Below, piece by piece: positions 39,401 through 51,113 of a DNA stretch of 64,000 nucleotides. The DNA comes from Antedon mediterranea (taxonomy: Eukaryota > Animalia > Echinodermata): the NCBI RefSeq assembly GCF_964355755.1, contig NC_092673.1, positions 27,525,648 to 27,589,647 on the forward strand, in the 5' to 3' direction. Below the pieces are notes generated by a model. The model did no database searches and was not told the DNA's origin. It was given only the letters and a program-made list of their open reading frames with translations. A program made the position numbers and the translations under genes. Positions within the stretch are counted from its first letter, which is position 1; each line of letters opens with the position of its first letter.

Positions 39401-42400
39401 TTTGTCAATTGCAACTGGGAGATAAAGCGTTGTTGTCTCTCCAATGGCACTGAGAAGAAGCTGAAAGCAGCCATCTAGCTGTGTAGTCTGTATACGTTGA
39501 TTGTTATTTTCAGCAGGGCACAGGTACGCAAATCCTTCACCGTCTCCAGCCATCACCTCTTCAATCACCTGGAACGCAGTTCCGTAATTCAGACCAACTG
39601 AACTCATTCTACTGTAAAATTCATCTTGTGTTACGCTGGTGGTACATCTTTTCAATATATTCTCCTTATCAATTTTAACAGGTTTCGTTTCTTTGTTATT
39701 CGTAGTTAACAGCTCACAGCTACTGTAAACAGTGTTGTTCGAAGTGACTTCAACGTAGCTACCATTTTTGACACACGTCAAATTAAGACCAACAGCATTG
39801 TTACTGCTATCAGTGTTGTCTGGCCAAGTACATACTCGCTTAAAGCTCGCATTTGCCACAGATGGAATTTGATAGTCGGCAAAATATGATTGCAAAGCGT
39901 ACTCTACATATCCTGCCGCCGGAAAAATAACGTTGTCTTGGATTACATGATCAGCCAAGAAAGGAAATACCGCGAATGTTATGTTTCCGTTTTGGCCTTT
40001 GTATGTCCGGTCATCCTGACCAAGACGTCTGTTGCGGCGCTCTTCGCCCTCAATCCAAAACGAATTGTGTTGCCATTGATATTTTGGAATATCAACCCAT
40101 ATTGCAGCATCACGGGTAAAATTATCCCAGTTAATATCTATGCCACATGTGTACAATTGACCAAGTGCGAATAGGTTAGTCACTTTGTCATTTTGTTCTC
40201 TCTGTCCGGTTGACAATGTAATAAGGTCAGTCTTACCTTGCCCTTTACCAATCTGTTTGATAGACGATGCAAGTGTTACTGAAGCACTCAGTTCTATGAA
40301 GATATTTGCGTTGGTGTTACGAAGAACGCCTTCTATGGCCGGGCAGAATTTGACTCTGTTTCGTATATTACTCCACCAGTAGTCTGTGTTAAAATCACCG
40401 TCATACACTTCACCTGTCAATGTTGAAAACATAGGAACAGATCTTACTCCGGCTGGTGTGGAAACAGCACCTTTCATTGATGTTCGAAATGGTTTTTCCA
40501 TTGGATCCATTATTGGTGTATGGAAAGCGCACTGTACTCTAAGCTTCTTTGATTTGACATTGACGTCGTTGTCAATACTATTGATACTTTCTTTTGATCC
40601 TGCTAAAGTTAATGAACCAGGAGCATTTTCGGCTGCAATGTACAGATTCTCATATTTGTTGCACATTTTTTCAGCTTCATCAAGTGTAAGCCTGACAGCC
40701 GCCATGCTTCCGCAACCTTTCAACATAGATTGGTTTTTACTTCGGTGATAGACAACTCGTACTGCCTCAGTTAGCGTCAGGCCACCACATGCATATGCGG
40801 CAGCGATCTCACCCAGACTGTGTCCAACAACCACATCAGGTTTAACACCCCAGTAGCACCACAAGTCAAATAGACCGACTTGCAGAAACAATAATGCCGG
40901 CTGGCTTATTACCATGTCATTAAAGTTTTCTTCAGTTAGTAAGTTTTTCTGACCATTAAACAGACCTTTATCGTTTAATAGAGACCACCCACTAATCTTC
41001 TGGAAAATCGTGTCACACTTTTTGATGGACTCTCTAAATATTGGTTCGGTCTGGTACAATTTCCTTCCCATATTGATCCACTGTTGCCCTTGCCCTGGAA
41101 ATACGAAACATATTTTATGTTCTGGGTTGTATGTCGTGCCAGTTGAGATACCGTCTCCACTACCATTAGTAATAAACTGCTCTAGTCTTTCTTGAAACTG
41201 CGATCCAGAACTTGCAGATATTGCCACTCGACATTCGTGGTGCTTCCTGTGAGTTGCCTGCCATCCCACTACACGAAGAGCATCTTCTTCATTGTCAAAC
41301 TCTTTCCACTTAATTGCTAAATCTGTAAGGGCAGCAGACGACTTGGCCGAGAGGGGTATCAACAGCGGCTTACCTTCTTTTGTGCTTGAACCAAATTCCC
41401 ATCCGACGGGATCTAACAAAGCATTATGTTTTTGTTTTGGCGCCTCTTGGAAAATTGCATGCGCAAGAGCGCCCGCGAATCCAAAGCTATTTACTCCGAT
41501 AATGGACTTTTCATCATTTGGCAAACGCTCCATTTGAGTTTGAACTTCTAATTTCCAATCTTTTAAGTTGATCTTGGGATTCGGCTTGTTGTAGTTGATG
41601 GTCGGTACAAGGTAGCCGTTATGCAGCATTAGTGCTGCCTTTATTGTAGCAGCGGCTCCGGCAGCACATTCACTGTGACCAAAGTTGCTCTTAACTGATC
41701 CGATCTTAATTGGTGCATCACGATTTGGTCCAAAGGATTTGCCAATAGCTTCTGCTTCAATGGGATCTCCAACGGGTGTTCCTGTGCCATGTGCTTCAAG
41801 ATAGTTTACATCAGCCATATTCACATCAAATGTTTTGTACGTCTCTTCAATGATTCGCTGCTGATCAGGCATGGATGGCATAGTAATACTCTGACTGTAA
41901 CCGTTAGATCCTATTGATGTTCCCATAATAGTCGCATAAATATGATCGTTGTCTTTCATAGCCTGATCCAATGTCTTAAGAATACACGTCCCAAAACCTT
42001 CGCCTCTAACGTAACCCTTGGCTGTATCAGAGAAGGGACAACATTTACCATCTGGCGAGAGCACTCCAAGAGCGCTGAAGCCAACAGTAGTGTCAGGGAG
42101 AATCAATGCGTTGACTCCACCCAGGACCGCAACTTTACATTCGTTATCTCTAAGCGATTTACACGCAAGGTGCATGGCAGTTATCGATGACGCGCAAGCG
42201 GTATCTACGGCGTAGCTTGGCCCCTTCAGATTGAACACGTATGAAATCCTGTTTGCTGCGACACTGTGCGCTGTGCCCGTCAATGTGTAAGCGTTTACCG
42301 TATTGGCATGGATATCGAGAGTTTGAATTGGGTAATCCATTAACCCAATTCCAACGAACACACCGCACGAGTCTAGGTTATCCGGTATGATTCCGGCATC

Positions 42401-43054
42401 TTCAAAGGCTTCGTGGGTAACCTCTAGTAAAATTCTCTGCTGGGGATCCATCGATGATGCCTCTTTTGGTGAAATTTTGAAGAATGTGTTATCGAACTTG
42501 TCGATTCCATCTACAAATCCACTTTTTGGTGATACCATCTTTCCTGGCTTCGTCTGGTCATCATCATGGAATTTTTCAATTGACCAACGTTCTGGCGGAA
42601 CATCAGTGATACAATCCTTACCACTACAGAGAACCTGCCAGAAATCTTCTGTCGAGGTTACTCCGCCAGGCATTCGACATCCTAGTAATAAAGTCATTTA
42701 ATAATACTCACTGAGGTTTTAAAATTCTAAAATATTGCATCTACTGTATTTTGTTTATTTGCCTATCACTAAAGCAACGCAATGACGTGGGTGGAGCTGC
42801 GCAAGTTAGTTGACCAATCATAAACGACAGTTCGGGAGAGCCATCGTTTTGTGATTATCTCCATGGACATGCACTCTTTCTAACGGTTCTTATGACATTA
42901 AGACCACACTCATCATAAAATTGATTTAGATTTTGCAGGGAGGAAATGAAATGTGGAACTTTTCTATGGACCTTTTATTTATTCTATAATAACAACAAAT
43001 GAACTTACCTATGCCAACAATAGCAATTGGACACTTCTTCGAGTTTTCATTCAT
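33441..43054 (-). CDS. Iterative type I polyketide synthase, ~2418 aa, KS-AT-DH-cMT-ER-KR-ACP, no TE; resembles echinoderm pigment PKS (SpPks1-type). Exons 43054-43009, 42681-35831, 33800-33441
   Basis: Exon 1 MNENSKKCPIAIVGIG|gtaagt joins CRMPGG. Motifs: KS DTACASS, EAHGTGT, KSNFGHSE; AT GHSLG, AFH; DH LADHVIQDNVIFPAAGY and LDGCFQ; cMT VLEIGGRMGG, YIFTDLS; ER LIHSACGGVG; KR TGGFGGIG, YIAAN; ACP YGVDSL followed by a stop. Exon lengths 46+6851+360 = 7257 nt. Confidence 0.95.
33892..35558. mobile_element. Non-autonomous foldback/MULE-like DNA transposon in PKS intron 2
   Basis: Arms are tandem GGACAACTACCCCC(TTA) units at ~33900-34120 and their reverse complement at ~35140-35556. TSD GTTATACTA(G) at 33883-33891 and 35559-35567. 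Confidence 0.85.
34176..34500. mobile_element. Nested MITE (Mutator-like, 9-bp TSD) with internal ~23-bp tandem repeats
   Basis: TIRs GGGTGTTTCGAAACTAGAGACCCGAGAC / reverse complement. TSD GTTTTTAAC (34167-34175, 34501-34509). Internal (GGGTCTCCCTTTTCGTATA..)n. Confidence 0.88.
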
Positions 43055-43319
43055 GATGTATACTATCAATTAGTTATGAAATTTAGGCCTATGGAAAAGG
43101 AATCACATAGTTATGATACTATTACTAATAACAAGTCAAATTAGTTTAAAAAGAAGTAAAATTAAAAATGTTCTGTGCGACATGATGGGGCAGAAAGTTG
43201 TTCTACTCAAAATTGTTCACGTAGATGTAAATCCGATAAAAGATAGGTAAATTTTTTAACTTCGCAAATGCATTTGATACCACACATCATCAAATTCGTC
43301 TTCAAAAACTACATCATTA

Positions 43320-43716
43320 AGGCCCATTTACACTAGGGCGATAACGATCGACGATAAATAGATAAACATAGATTTTTGTTTGATAAAACGAAAGAAATTA
43401 GAACATTTTTCTTTATAGAACTATAGGATAATCATTATGCTGTATTTAATAAAAATAATATTTTTGAAAATCCAATCAAATGACGTCATGATCAATAACA
43501 ACAGTCAAATCATTGTATTGTAACGATATTATTGCTCTTACTAATCATGACGTCATTTTATTGGACGTGTGGAAATATTATTTTCATCAAGGCAGCATAG
43601 ATTATAATCCTATAGTTCTAGGATGAAAACTTTTAAAAATTCTTTTGTTTTAGGTATGAAAAATGCATATTTATCTTTTTATCGTCGATCGTTATCGCCC
43701 TAGTGTAAATGGGCCT
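43320..43716. mobile_element. PIF/Harbinger-like MITE ~270 bp upstream of the PKS ATG
   Basis: TIRs AGGCCCATTTACACTAGGGCGATAACGATCGACGATAAA and its reverse complement; 3-bp TSD TTA; the interior is also largely palindromic. Confidence 0.88.
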
Positions 43717-44580
43717 TTATACTGTTAGAAGAATCGCATAAGTATACGAGTTGTTGTTCACTATGTAAAACAATCATACATATAAAACCATTAATTCAAT
43801 GTGGGGTTGTGAATGTGACTCATCGCGTATACAATATCCAATGATTAGAAATAAAGTAATCTTTATCAATAAGTATGCACCAAGGATTAGGCATTATTAA
43901 ATCACAACTGATTTGAAGAAGATCAGAACAGATGGTAAAATATATTTTTTTTAAACAGATGCTGGAGAAATGGAATTCATTACAAGATGAGCACTACATG
44001 ATGAGGTCATTTTAAAGATTGAATGATTTTATGCATAAAGACAAGATTGAATAATTATTCAACAAGAATTTCGTTGCTTCTGTTAACTTTTCACAGAGTT
44101 TAACATACGTATTAACATTGCTTGTGTGTTCTTGACTCGTTGATACTATGATAATTTATAGCGTGATGCACAGTCAATGAGTAGCCATTTCTTGGTACTG
44201 TATCTGTACAGTATCATAGGCACCTAACAAATACAGGCCCCACATGTGACACATATGTTACACTGTATTACAGAATCTGTCTTTGGTACTTGACATATAA
44301 TGTCCTATGTACAATGACGCTGGATTATTTCTCTTTGGTAATTCTCGTAGGTCTATAAAACAATTAGTGCTTTTATCTGTTTAGTGATGGTTTAGGGTGC
44401 GATTGGACATTGTAACGTATTGCTACATTGTTTTTTTGTATAATATAGGCCTATAAAATTGCGGCGCAACACGGAAAATGTAAATCGACAAAGAACGCCA
44501 AACGTGTGTAAAATTATTTTGGAATTTAGACGAGATTGAAAAGATATTAAGTTGTTGAATTGAAGCCACGATCACTGTTA

Positions 44581-44738
44581 AACTCTGTCTACGCTATCAA
44601 ACTAGTTTGACAAGCAAAGGGGTACCAAATATGGTAGTGATATTCCCAAATATGGTAGTGATATGACATCATCATGTCCATATATGGGCACATCACGTTT
44701 TTTTTGTCACATAACATTTAATAGTGTAGACATAACTT
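44581..44738. mobile_element. Member of an abundant MITE family (AAAGCTCTGTCTACACTATCAAACT...AGTGTAGACAGAGCTTT)
   Basis: Related copies at ~1560-1690, ~3010-3130, ~19320-19428, ~24660-24733, ~31580-31692 and ~57260-57355. This copy is absent from the paralogous segment at ~53190. Confidence 0.75.
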
Positions 44739-44775
44739 GCACTTGCACTAAAAAAAAACTTAAAATAATACTTAC

Positions 44776-44870
44776 TGAATGATAGTGGCAGACCTTCACT
44801 ATGATTCGTCGATGTAATGTGTGGAAAACTAATGATATCGCAGGTAAATATATATAGGCCTATATAAGTT
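44776..44870 (-). promoter_or_regulatory. Putative promoter / non-coding first exon of the PKS (copy 1)
   Basis: Minus strand: TATA-like TATATAGGCCTATATATATTT, then ~70 nt ending CATTCA|GTAAGT. A matching acceptor CCTTTTCCATAG| lies at 43090/43089, just upstream of the PKS ATG. Confidence 0.45.
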
Positions 44871-46847
44871 TTAAAATGACTAATTAGTCATGATTATTAG
44901 TTATAAAGGCGGGTATACCCGCCTTTATAACTAATAATTTTTTCTGCAAAAAAAGTAACATTTTTGTGTTTAGTTCTATAAATAAAAACAAAGGTTTGTA
45001 TTTATTAGTATTGGTTTAATTCGAATATATTGTTGTATATTTGCTATCTTTAATTATTAATTTACACACGAGACAAATAAGTTTCCCCAGTTTATTCAGA
45101 TTATTGGCTTATGCCTTTTCTCTGGTCAAGGGGACTGGTCGAGAGAAACCCTTGATCAATTTTAGGACCAATCAAGGTAATTTAAACAGTCCTGGCTTTG
45201 TTTGTATCAAACCTGTTATTGGCGGTAATTATCGCTGTTGGTTTCGATTGAATAATAAAAAAAAACAAACATAATATTCATTTCTACTGATATTGTACAA
45301 GCAATGCTAAATACTACTAATAGTACAGTCGCATATGTAAGGAAAACTAGCTCCAGCTCAACATTTTAATTTTCTCAAATACTTTTTTTATTCTGAATAC
45401 AGTTTTTCCTTTGTTTATTGTCATAATTTTCCAATTATGTAAATAAATTGTTTTTAAATGTACAATGAAAAAGGTCTCCTTCGTATTAAGATAAATACGG
45501 GTTTTCTTATTGGTTTTACAATTCATTCAAATGTTGGTAACACTTATCTGGTTATAATAACAATTTCAGTGTGTGAAACTACTTTAGTAAGATAAGTTTA
45601 ACTATCAAGATCCTCGATATGCCCGGTTTTCACATTGCAAGTAAAAAATAAGATCATAAGATGTTGTTTGATCTTGGAGGTAAATTTCTTGATTTTAGTA
45701 CCTTCTATTCTAGCAAGTTCATAAAACTACTACAGCAGAAACCTAAGTTTGGAAAGTAAGCTAGATTTGTCTTATCTGCTAATTGTATTGTCCCTTGAAA
45801 CACAAAAAATGAAGGTCAAAATATACTAAATTTTAATTGGCCATATCAAAGTAATATTAAAGTTATTCACTTTAAGTCGAAAATTCGAGCCAAAAACAGC
45901 AATTTTATGTAATTAACAGCTAAATTAATTTGATTACATTTCGTCTGGAAAATAGTCACGAGCGAAAGTAAACAAAGATTTCAAACCATGAGTATACATT
46001 ATGCATGATGCTAATTAGGATTGTTTACAACTTGTCATGGTTGAGAAGGTATTTTCACACAGATCGCGAGGAAGTTTTATGATTATGCATACAGAGTAGC
46101 CAAATAAGCGCATTGCATTATAAGATATGTTTTGATCAAAAACTTTGACTGGAAGTCAAAGTTATTTTTTGAACCAAAAAACGTCTGTATTTCAGTTAAA
46201 TGATTTTTTTTCCGACTAATTTTTGGTGAAAGTTATTAACTATTATGATACTTCAAAATGACCCACTTTTTTTCGAAATCTTTTTATTTTTATTTTTTTG
46301 GAATTTGACAAAGGGACAATACATCTTTTATGTAGTTTTATTTATAACTATATCCAGTGCAGTGATTTCTATGTTGGTTTTTACTCGGGGTACCCGAGTC
46401 TAGGACTTACTCATTTTCTCCTCCTCCATCTGGACACTATTGAGTAAAAAGTGCGATTTTTAAAGTACTACTCCTCCCTTATTAGTTGTAGTATTGAGCT
46501 GGGATTTGGCATGGATATACTACAGGGACATTTCCTCAAATCTATAGAGCCGGATTTTTAAATTTCAAACCGGATGCAGCCATATGACGTCTTGAAGATG
46601 GTACCATATAGCCGTATTTGGTAGGAAACCTTTTTTTTTTTAAACTTTATGGTGAAAAGTACTGTATACGCAATATGATAATTATACACAGTATATCTTA
46701 TTTTTATTATTTTTAAAAATACTTATTTTGTGTAATCGGTAATTATCACTTTTACACATGTTTATTTTGCTTTGTGCTTATTACCATATTTATTTGTAAT
46801 TTAAATGGATTAAAAAACTTTGTGTAACCCACATTTTTTGTGGAAGA

Positions 46848-46918
46848 GGTTTCGTAGTTTAGTGGGTGTCAAGTCTGCTTAACACGCAGAAGGTCCCGGT
46901 TCGAGCCCTGGCGAAACC
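46848..46918 (+). pseudogene. tRNA-Val(AAC)-derived pseudogene
   Basis: GGTTTCG...CGAAACC acceptor stem, anticodon arm TCTGC-TTAACAC-GCAGA, T-loop GTTCGAG. The D arm and T stem are degenerate. Confidence 0.7.
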
Positions 46919-47138
46919 TATTTTTCTTTAACTTTATGGTGAAATATACTGTATACGTAATATGATATAGAGTAGGCCTATATCTCGTTTTATTACTCGG
47001 GGTACCTGAGTCTAGGACTCTCTCATCTTTTCCTCTTCTTCTTCCATCCGGACACTATTGAGCAAAAAAGTGCGATTTATAAAGTACTACTCCTCCCTTA
47101 TTCGTTGTAGTATTGAGCTCGGATTTAGCATGAATATA

Positions 47139-50100
47139 TAGTCAAAGAGCATTAGGGTTTGACCCGGAAATTTCTGGTATAAAGCTAATTTTTTCAGGAA
47201 AGGTTGAGAACTATGATTGGAACATCATACTAAAAGTCCCGAAAAATCCTCCTTGTGCTCTCCGAGAAATCCAAGATGGCGTCCAAAATGGCTGCCATTT
47301 TAAATTGATCTATAACTTTGTAACCGCTGGTCGTAGAGTATCGATTTTGGTGTCAAATAGTTCACAATATATACATTCCTATTTGCTGTAACAGAAAATT
47401 TTGTCAAAATATGGCCGCTACTACAGTTTCTGGCAGTTTGACCTTTGACCTGGTCTTATCATATCTCGGTAATGGCTTGTCATAGAGAATTAAGATTAGG
47501 CCCAAATTGTTCAGACCATGCATATTTTTATTTGCTGTAATGAAATATTTTATCCCAAAATGACCGGAAGTGAGGTTATTGACCTCTTATTGGCCTATTC
47601 ATATCTCTTTACCGTATCTCAAGAAATATTTGTCGTAGAGCATTACTTTTGGTGTCAAATTGTTTGGAACATATACATTTCTATTTAGTCTAATACAACA
47701 GTTTGCCCTAAAATGCTCGGAAGTAAGTTAATTTATTGAAAACTTTAAAAATCAAAGAGCTACATAGGCAGAGGAAATGAATACTGTACACAAAATCTAA
47801 ATTTTAACTCTGCCTTAAAACATGTTTTGGGCATAACACATCATCAGGTAACCTTGAGGGTAAATTTTCCTGTAAGGGTATGAACTATACAAGAAAAAAA
47901 CCAAAATAATCATTTATTTAACTTCGATAGAACAAAGAATATCATGGGACACGTATTGAAATTCTCATACTAGTTATGGTTGAAAAGTTATTGCTACAAA
48001 ATGTCACCTATATGTAGATGTCATGAATACATTTTAAATGCGTTATTCGTCTGTAACTCGCATTTTACAGTACATACGCAAAGTGCTTTTGTTGAAATCA
48101 CGTCATTATTTTTATTATATATTATAGAAATTATGATAATTATTTTTGTTCAGTTTATGTAATTATAGAAATGTATAGACTTTATGATACTGTGAGTGTG
48201 AGAATGAAATGTTAAGGTCATATACATTTCGCATGGAAATGCTCAATTGGCAGGGAACACTATGAACATGGCATATATTATACTCCGGATTGTCAAAAAC
48301 CTAATGAATCCCCCGGAAGCAACGCGTTCTAGCGTCATTTGAGGTCATTTTAATCAGATTTAGGGTAGCCATTTTTTATAATGCATAAATAAAATACTGC
48401 GTGCAAAAAAACGATGCGCGATGACTGTTTCAATCCATATTTTTCAATTTAAAAAGTAAAAGTTCAAAGAAAATTTTGAATAAAAGAGTTGGAGGTCCCG
48501 GAAATTGGACTTATTATACTACAAAACATGAAACAAAATATATAAGTCCCTATCATGGTTGTGACTGAGCTACGAAATGTTTGAAAAATAGAGATGTTAG
48601 GTCCCGAAAAATGCACTTCTTCTACTTCGAAATATGACCAGCTTTATTGTTGGGGCTGAGCTAAGAAAATGTTTAAAACTAGAGCTGCAGGTCTTCAAAG
48701 AATTGCATTTTATACTTTGAAAACATCAGGCCTAGAGGCTTAAAAAACGCAAGCGTAGACCATTTTCAGTCGGGAAAATAAGTGTATTCCTCCCAAGTGT
48801 ATGCGTGCGTACGGTGTATGACATACATGACATTGAAAATGTAATAACTTGGCTGTAATAAGATGTTGGCTAAGCGAAAATGGCATGTTTTTTTGTTTAG
48901 TAATGGATGAAATATTTATTTTAGGTGCCCCACGGTACAGAAGGTTGCTTGTAAATTAAAAAATTGGTGAACGTGTAGCGTACGTCGACACAGTACACGA
49001 CGTAACCGTCGGTAAACTTCGCCTGGAAAATAACTACAGTACACATTTTGGTCCCTGGATGGAACATGATATCACGCGTCTCACCCAACGTTGAACGATT
49101 TGTACAAAGGTATACCGTGCGTACCTAGCTATTGTTTAGTAGTAAGTTAGATCGCTGGCAATAATGAATGCATATAAAGTGCATAATATCACTCTGACGT
49201 GGCTCTCACGGTCAATAAAACGTCGCGGTTTTCTAGGCGCTGAAGCTACCAAGTGAACGCGAACGCTTTTTACTGTATATTATATTCCCCGACAAAAAGT
49301 ACATGTGTTCCCCGACGGGGGTGCTAGGCTCCCCAACGAGGCGGATAGAGCCCCCGTAGCCCCAACAACACCCATACAGATGAACATGATGATAATGATG
49401 TGAAAGAAGCAACAAACACCAAGATGTTGAAGATGCAACATCAGATGATGAATGACTGTAGTAACAGAATGCTGCTGATCAATGTTGAAGTGATTTAAAG
49501 ACCCTTTATTTTGCATATTTTTAATATTTAATAAATCATATATAGGGCATATGGCGATACTTTTTTCATCTTTAAACAGTTAAATATGTAACTGGGGGAC
49601 TAGCTCAAATGGTAGAGCTCTCACTTACCATGTGAGAGGTACCGGGATCATTGCCCGGGTATTCCAATCTATTTTTCATAGATTTCAGCAAGGACCAAAT
49701 AAAATCTGAATCTGGAAAAGAAAGTCTATGCATGCCGAGTAAAGAGCGTTTGACGTGAAATACCTAGGGTATATTCTCTTTTTATCATAAATAAGCCATA
49801 CAACGAACATTTAAAGCAAGGAATGTTTCAAAATGCATTATTTTTACAAAGTCAACAAGGCCATATACATGGCTGCAGTCGCGTGCGTAAATTTGAGTTA
49901 TTGTTTACTGACCGACCGACCGACCAACTGACCGAAATTGCTGAAAATGTTTAAAAATGTTCACATTTTTAAAAACATTTATATTTTCCTCCAAGTATTA
50001 AATAATATCCAGTGTCAAAATAACGAAAAAATATGAATATGAGTTAGTGTTTACCGACTGACCAACCGACCGAAATTGCTGAAAAAGTTAAAAAATGTTG

Positions 50101-51113
50101 AAAAATGTTTAAAAACATTTATATTTGCCTACAAGTATTAATATCCAGTGTCAAAATAACGAAAAAATATGAATATGAGTTAGTGTTTACCGACCGACAT
50201 AGTGAGCAATAGAATCGCGTTTGCACGCAACTCAAAGTTGCATATAAATGGTCGGATATGTGCTGTGTACATAGGTATTTTTCAATTGTCTTTTGTTTAC
50301 TTAATTAACCAACTTTGATTAGCCACTGACAGTTATTCTTTGTAATTTATTGACTTTATATTTTCTTTTTGTAACAATTCACTTTACCTGATGATGTGCT
50401 ATGCCCAAAACATGTTTTAAGGCAGAGTTAAAACTTTGATTTTTATTTTACCTACATTATTCATATCCTCTGCCTATGCAGCTCTTTGATTTTTTAAGTT
50501 TTCAATAAATTAACTTACTTCCGAGCATTTGAGGGCAAACTGTTGTATTAGACTAAATAGAAATGTATATGTTCCAAACAATATGACACCAAAAGTAATG
50601 CTCTACGACAAATATTTCTTGAGATACGGTAAAGAGATATGAATAGGTCAATAAGAGGTCAATAACCTCACTTCCGGTCATTTTGGGATAAAATATTTCA
50701 TTACACCAAATAAAAATATGCATGTTCTGAACAATTTGGGCCTAATCTTAATTCTCTATGACAAGCCATTACCGAGATATGATAAGACCAGGTCAAAGGT
50801 CAAACTGCCAGAAACTGTAGTAGCGGCCATTTTTTGACAAAATTTTCTGTTACAGCAAATAGGAATGTATATATTGTGAACTATTTGACACCAAAATCGA
50901 TACTCTACGACAAGCGGTTACAAAGTTATAGACCAATTTAAAATGGCAGCCATTTTGGACGCCATCTTGGATTTCTCGGAGAGCACAAGGAGGATTTTTC
51001 GGGACTTTTAGTATGATGTTCCAATCATAGTTCTCGACCTTTCCTGAAAAAATTAGCTTGTTACCAGAAATTTCCGGGTCTGCCTATACTTATGAACTAA
51101 TGCTCTTGGACTA
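47139..51113. mobile_element. ~4-kb non-autonomous DNA transposon with ~700-bp terminal inverted repeats (Academ-like)
   Basis: Termini TAGTC(A/C)AAGAGCATTAG; ~47160-47850 is the reverse complement of ~50385-51080. The 3-bp TSD is ATA (47136-47138, 51114-51116). It interrupts a repeat whose uninterrupted copy (CATGGATATACTACAGGGAC) is at ~46510-46530. Confidence 0.82.
49594..49666 (+). pseudogene. tRNA-Ala(AGC)-derived sequence with anticodon changed to ACC
   Basis: GGGGGACTAGCTCAAATGGTAGAGC...CTCAC-TTACCAT-GTGAG...GGGATCATTGCCC...TTCCA, followed by a T-run; closely follows the eukaryotic tRNA-Ala(AGC) consensus. Confidence 0.75.

Noticed and set aside
35931-42701. Numerous short + strand ORFs over the PKS
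   Set aside because: Antisense shadows of the long coding exon, with no motifs.
33441-43054. Animal fatty acid synthase, or a recent fungal/bacterial transfer
   Set aside because: There is no TE, a full-length cMT region is present and the motifs are PKS-like. It has GT-AG introns and host-like composition, and native animal PKSs of this type are known.
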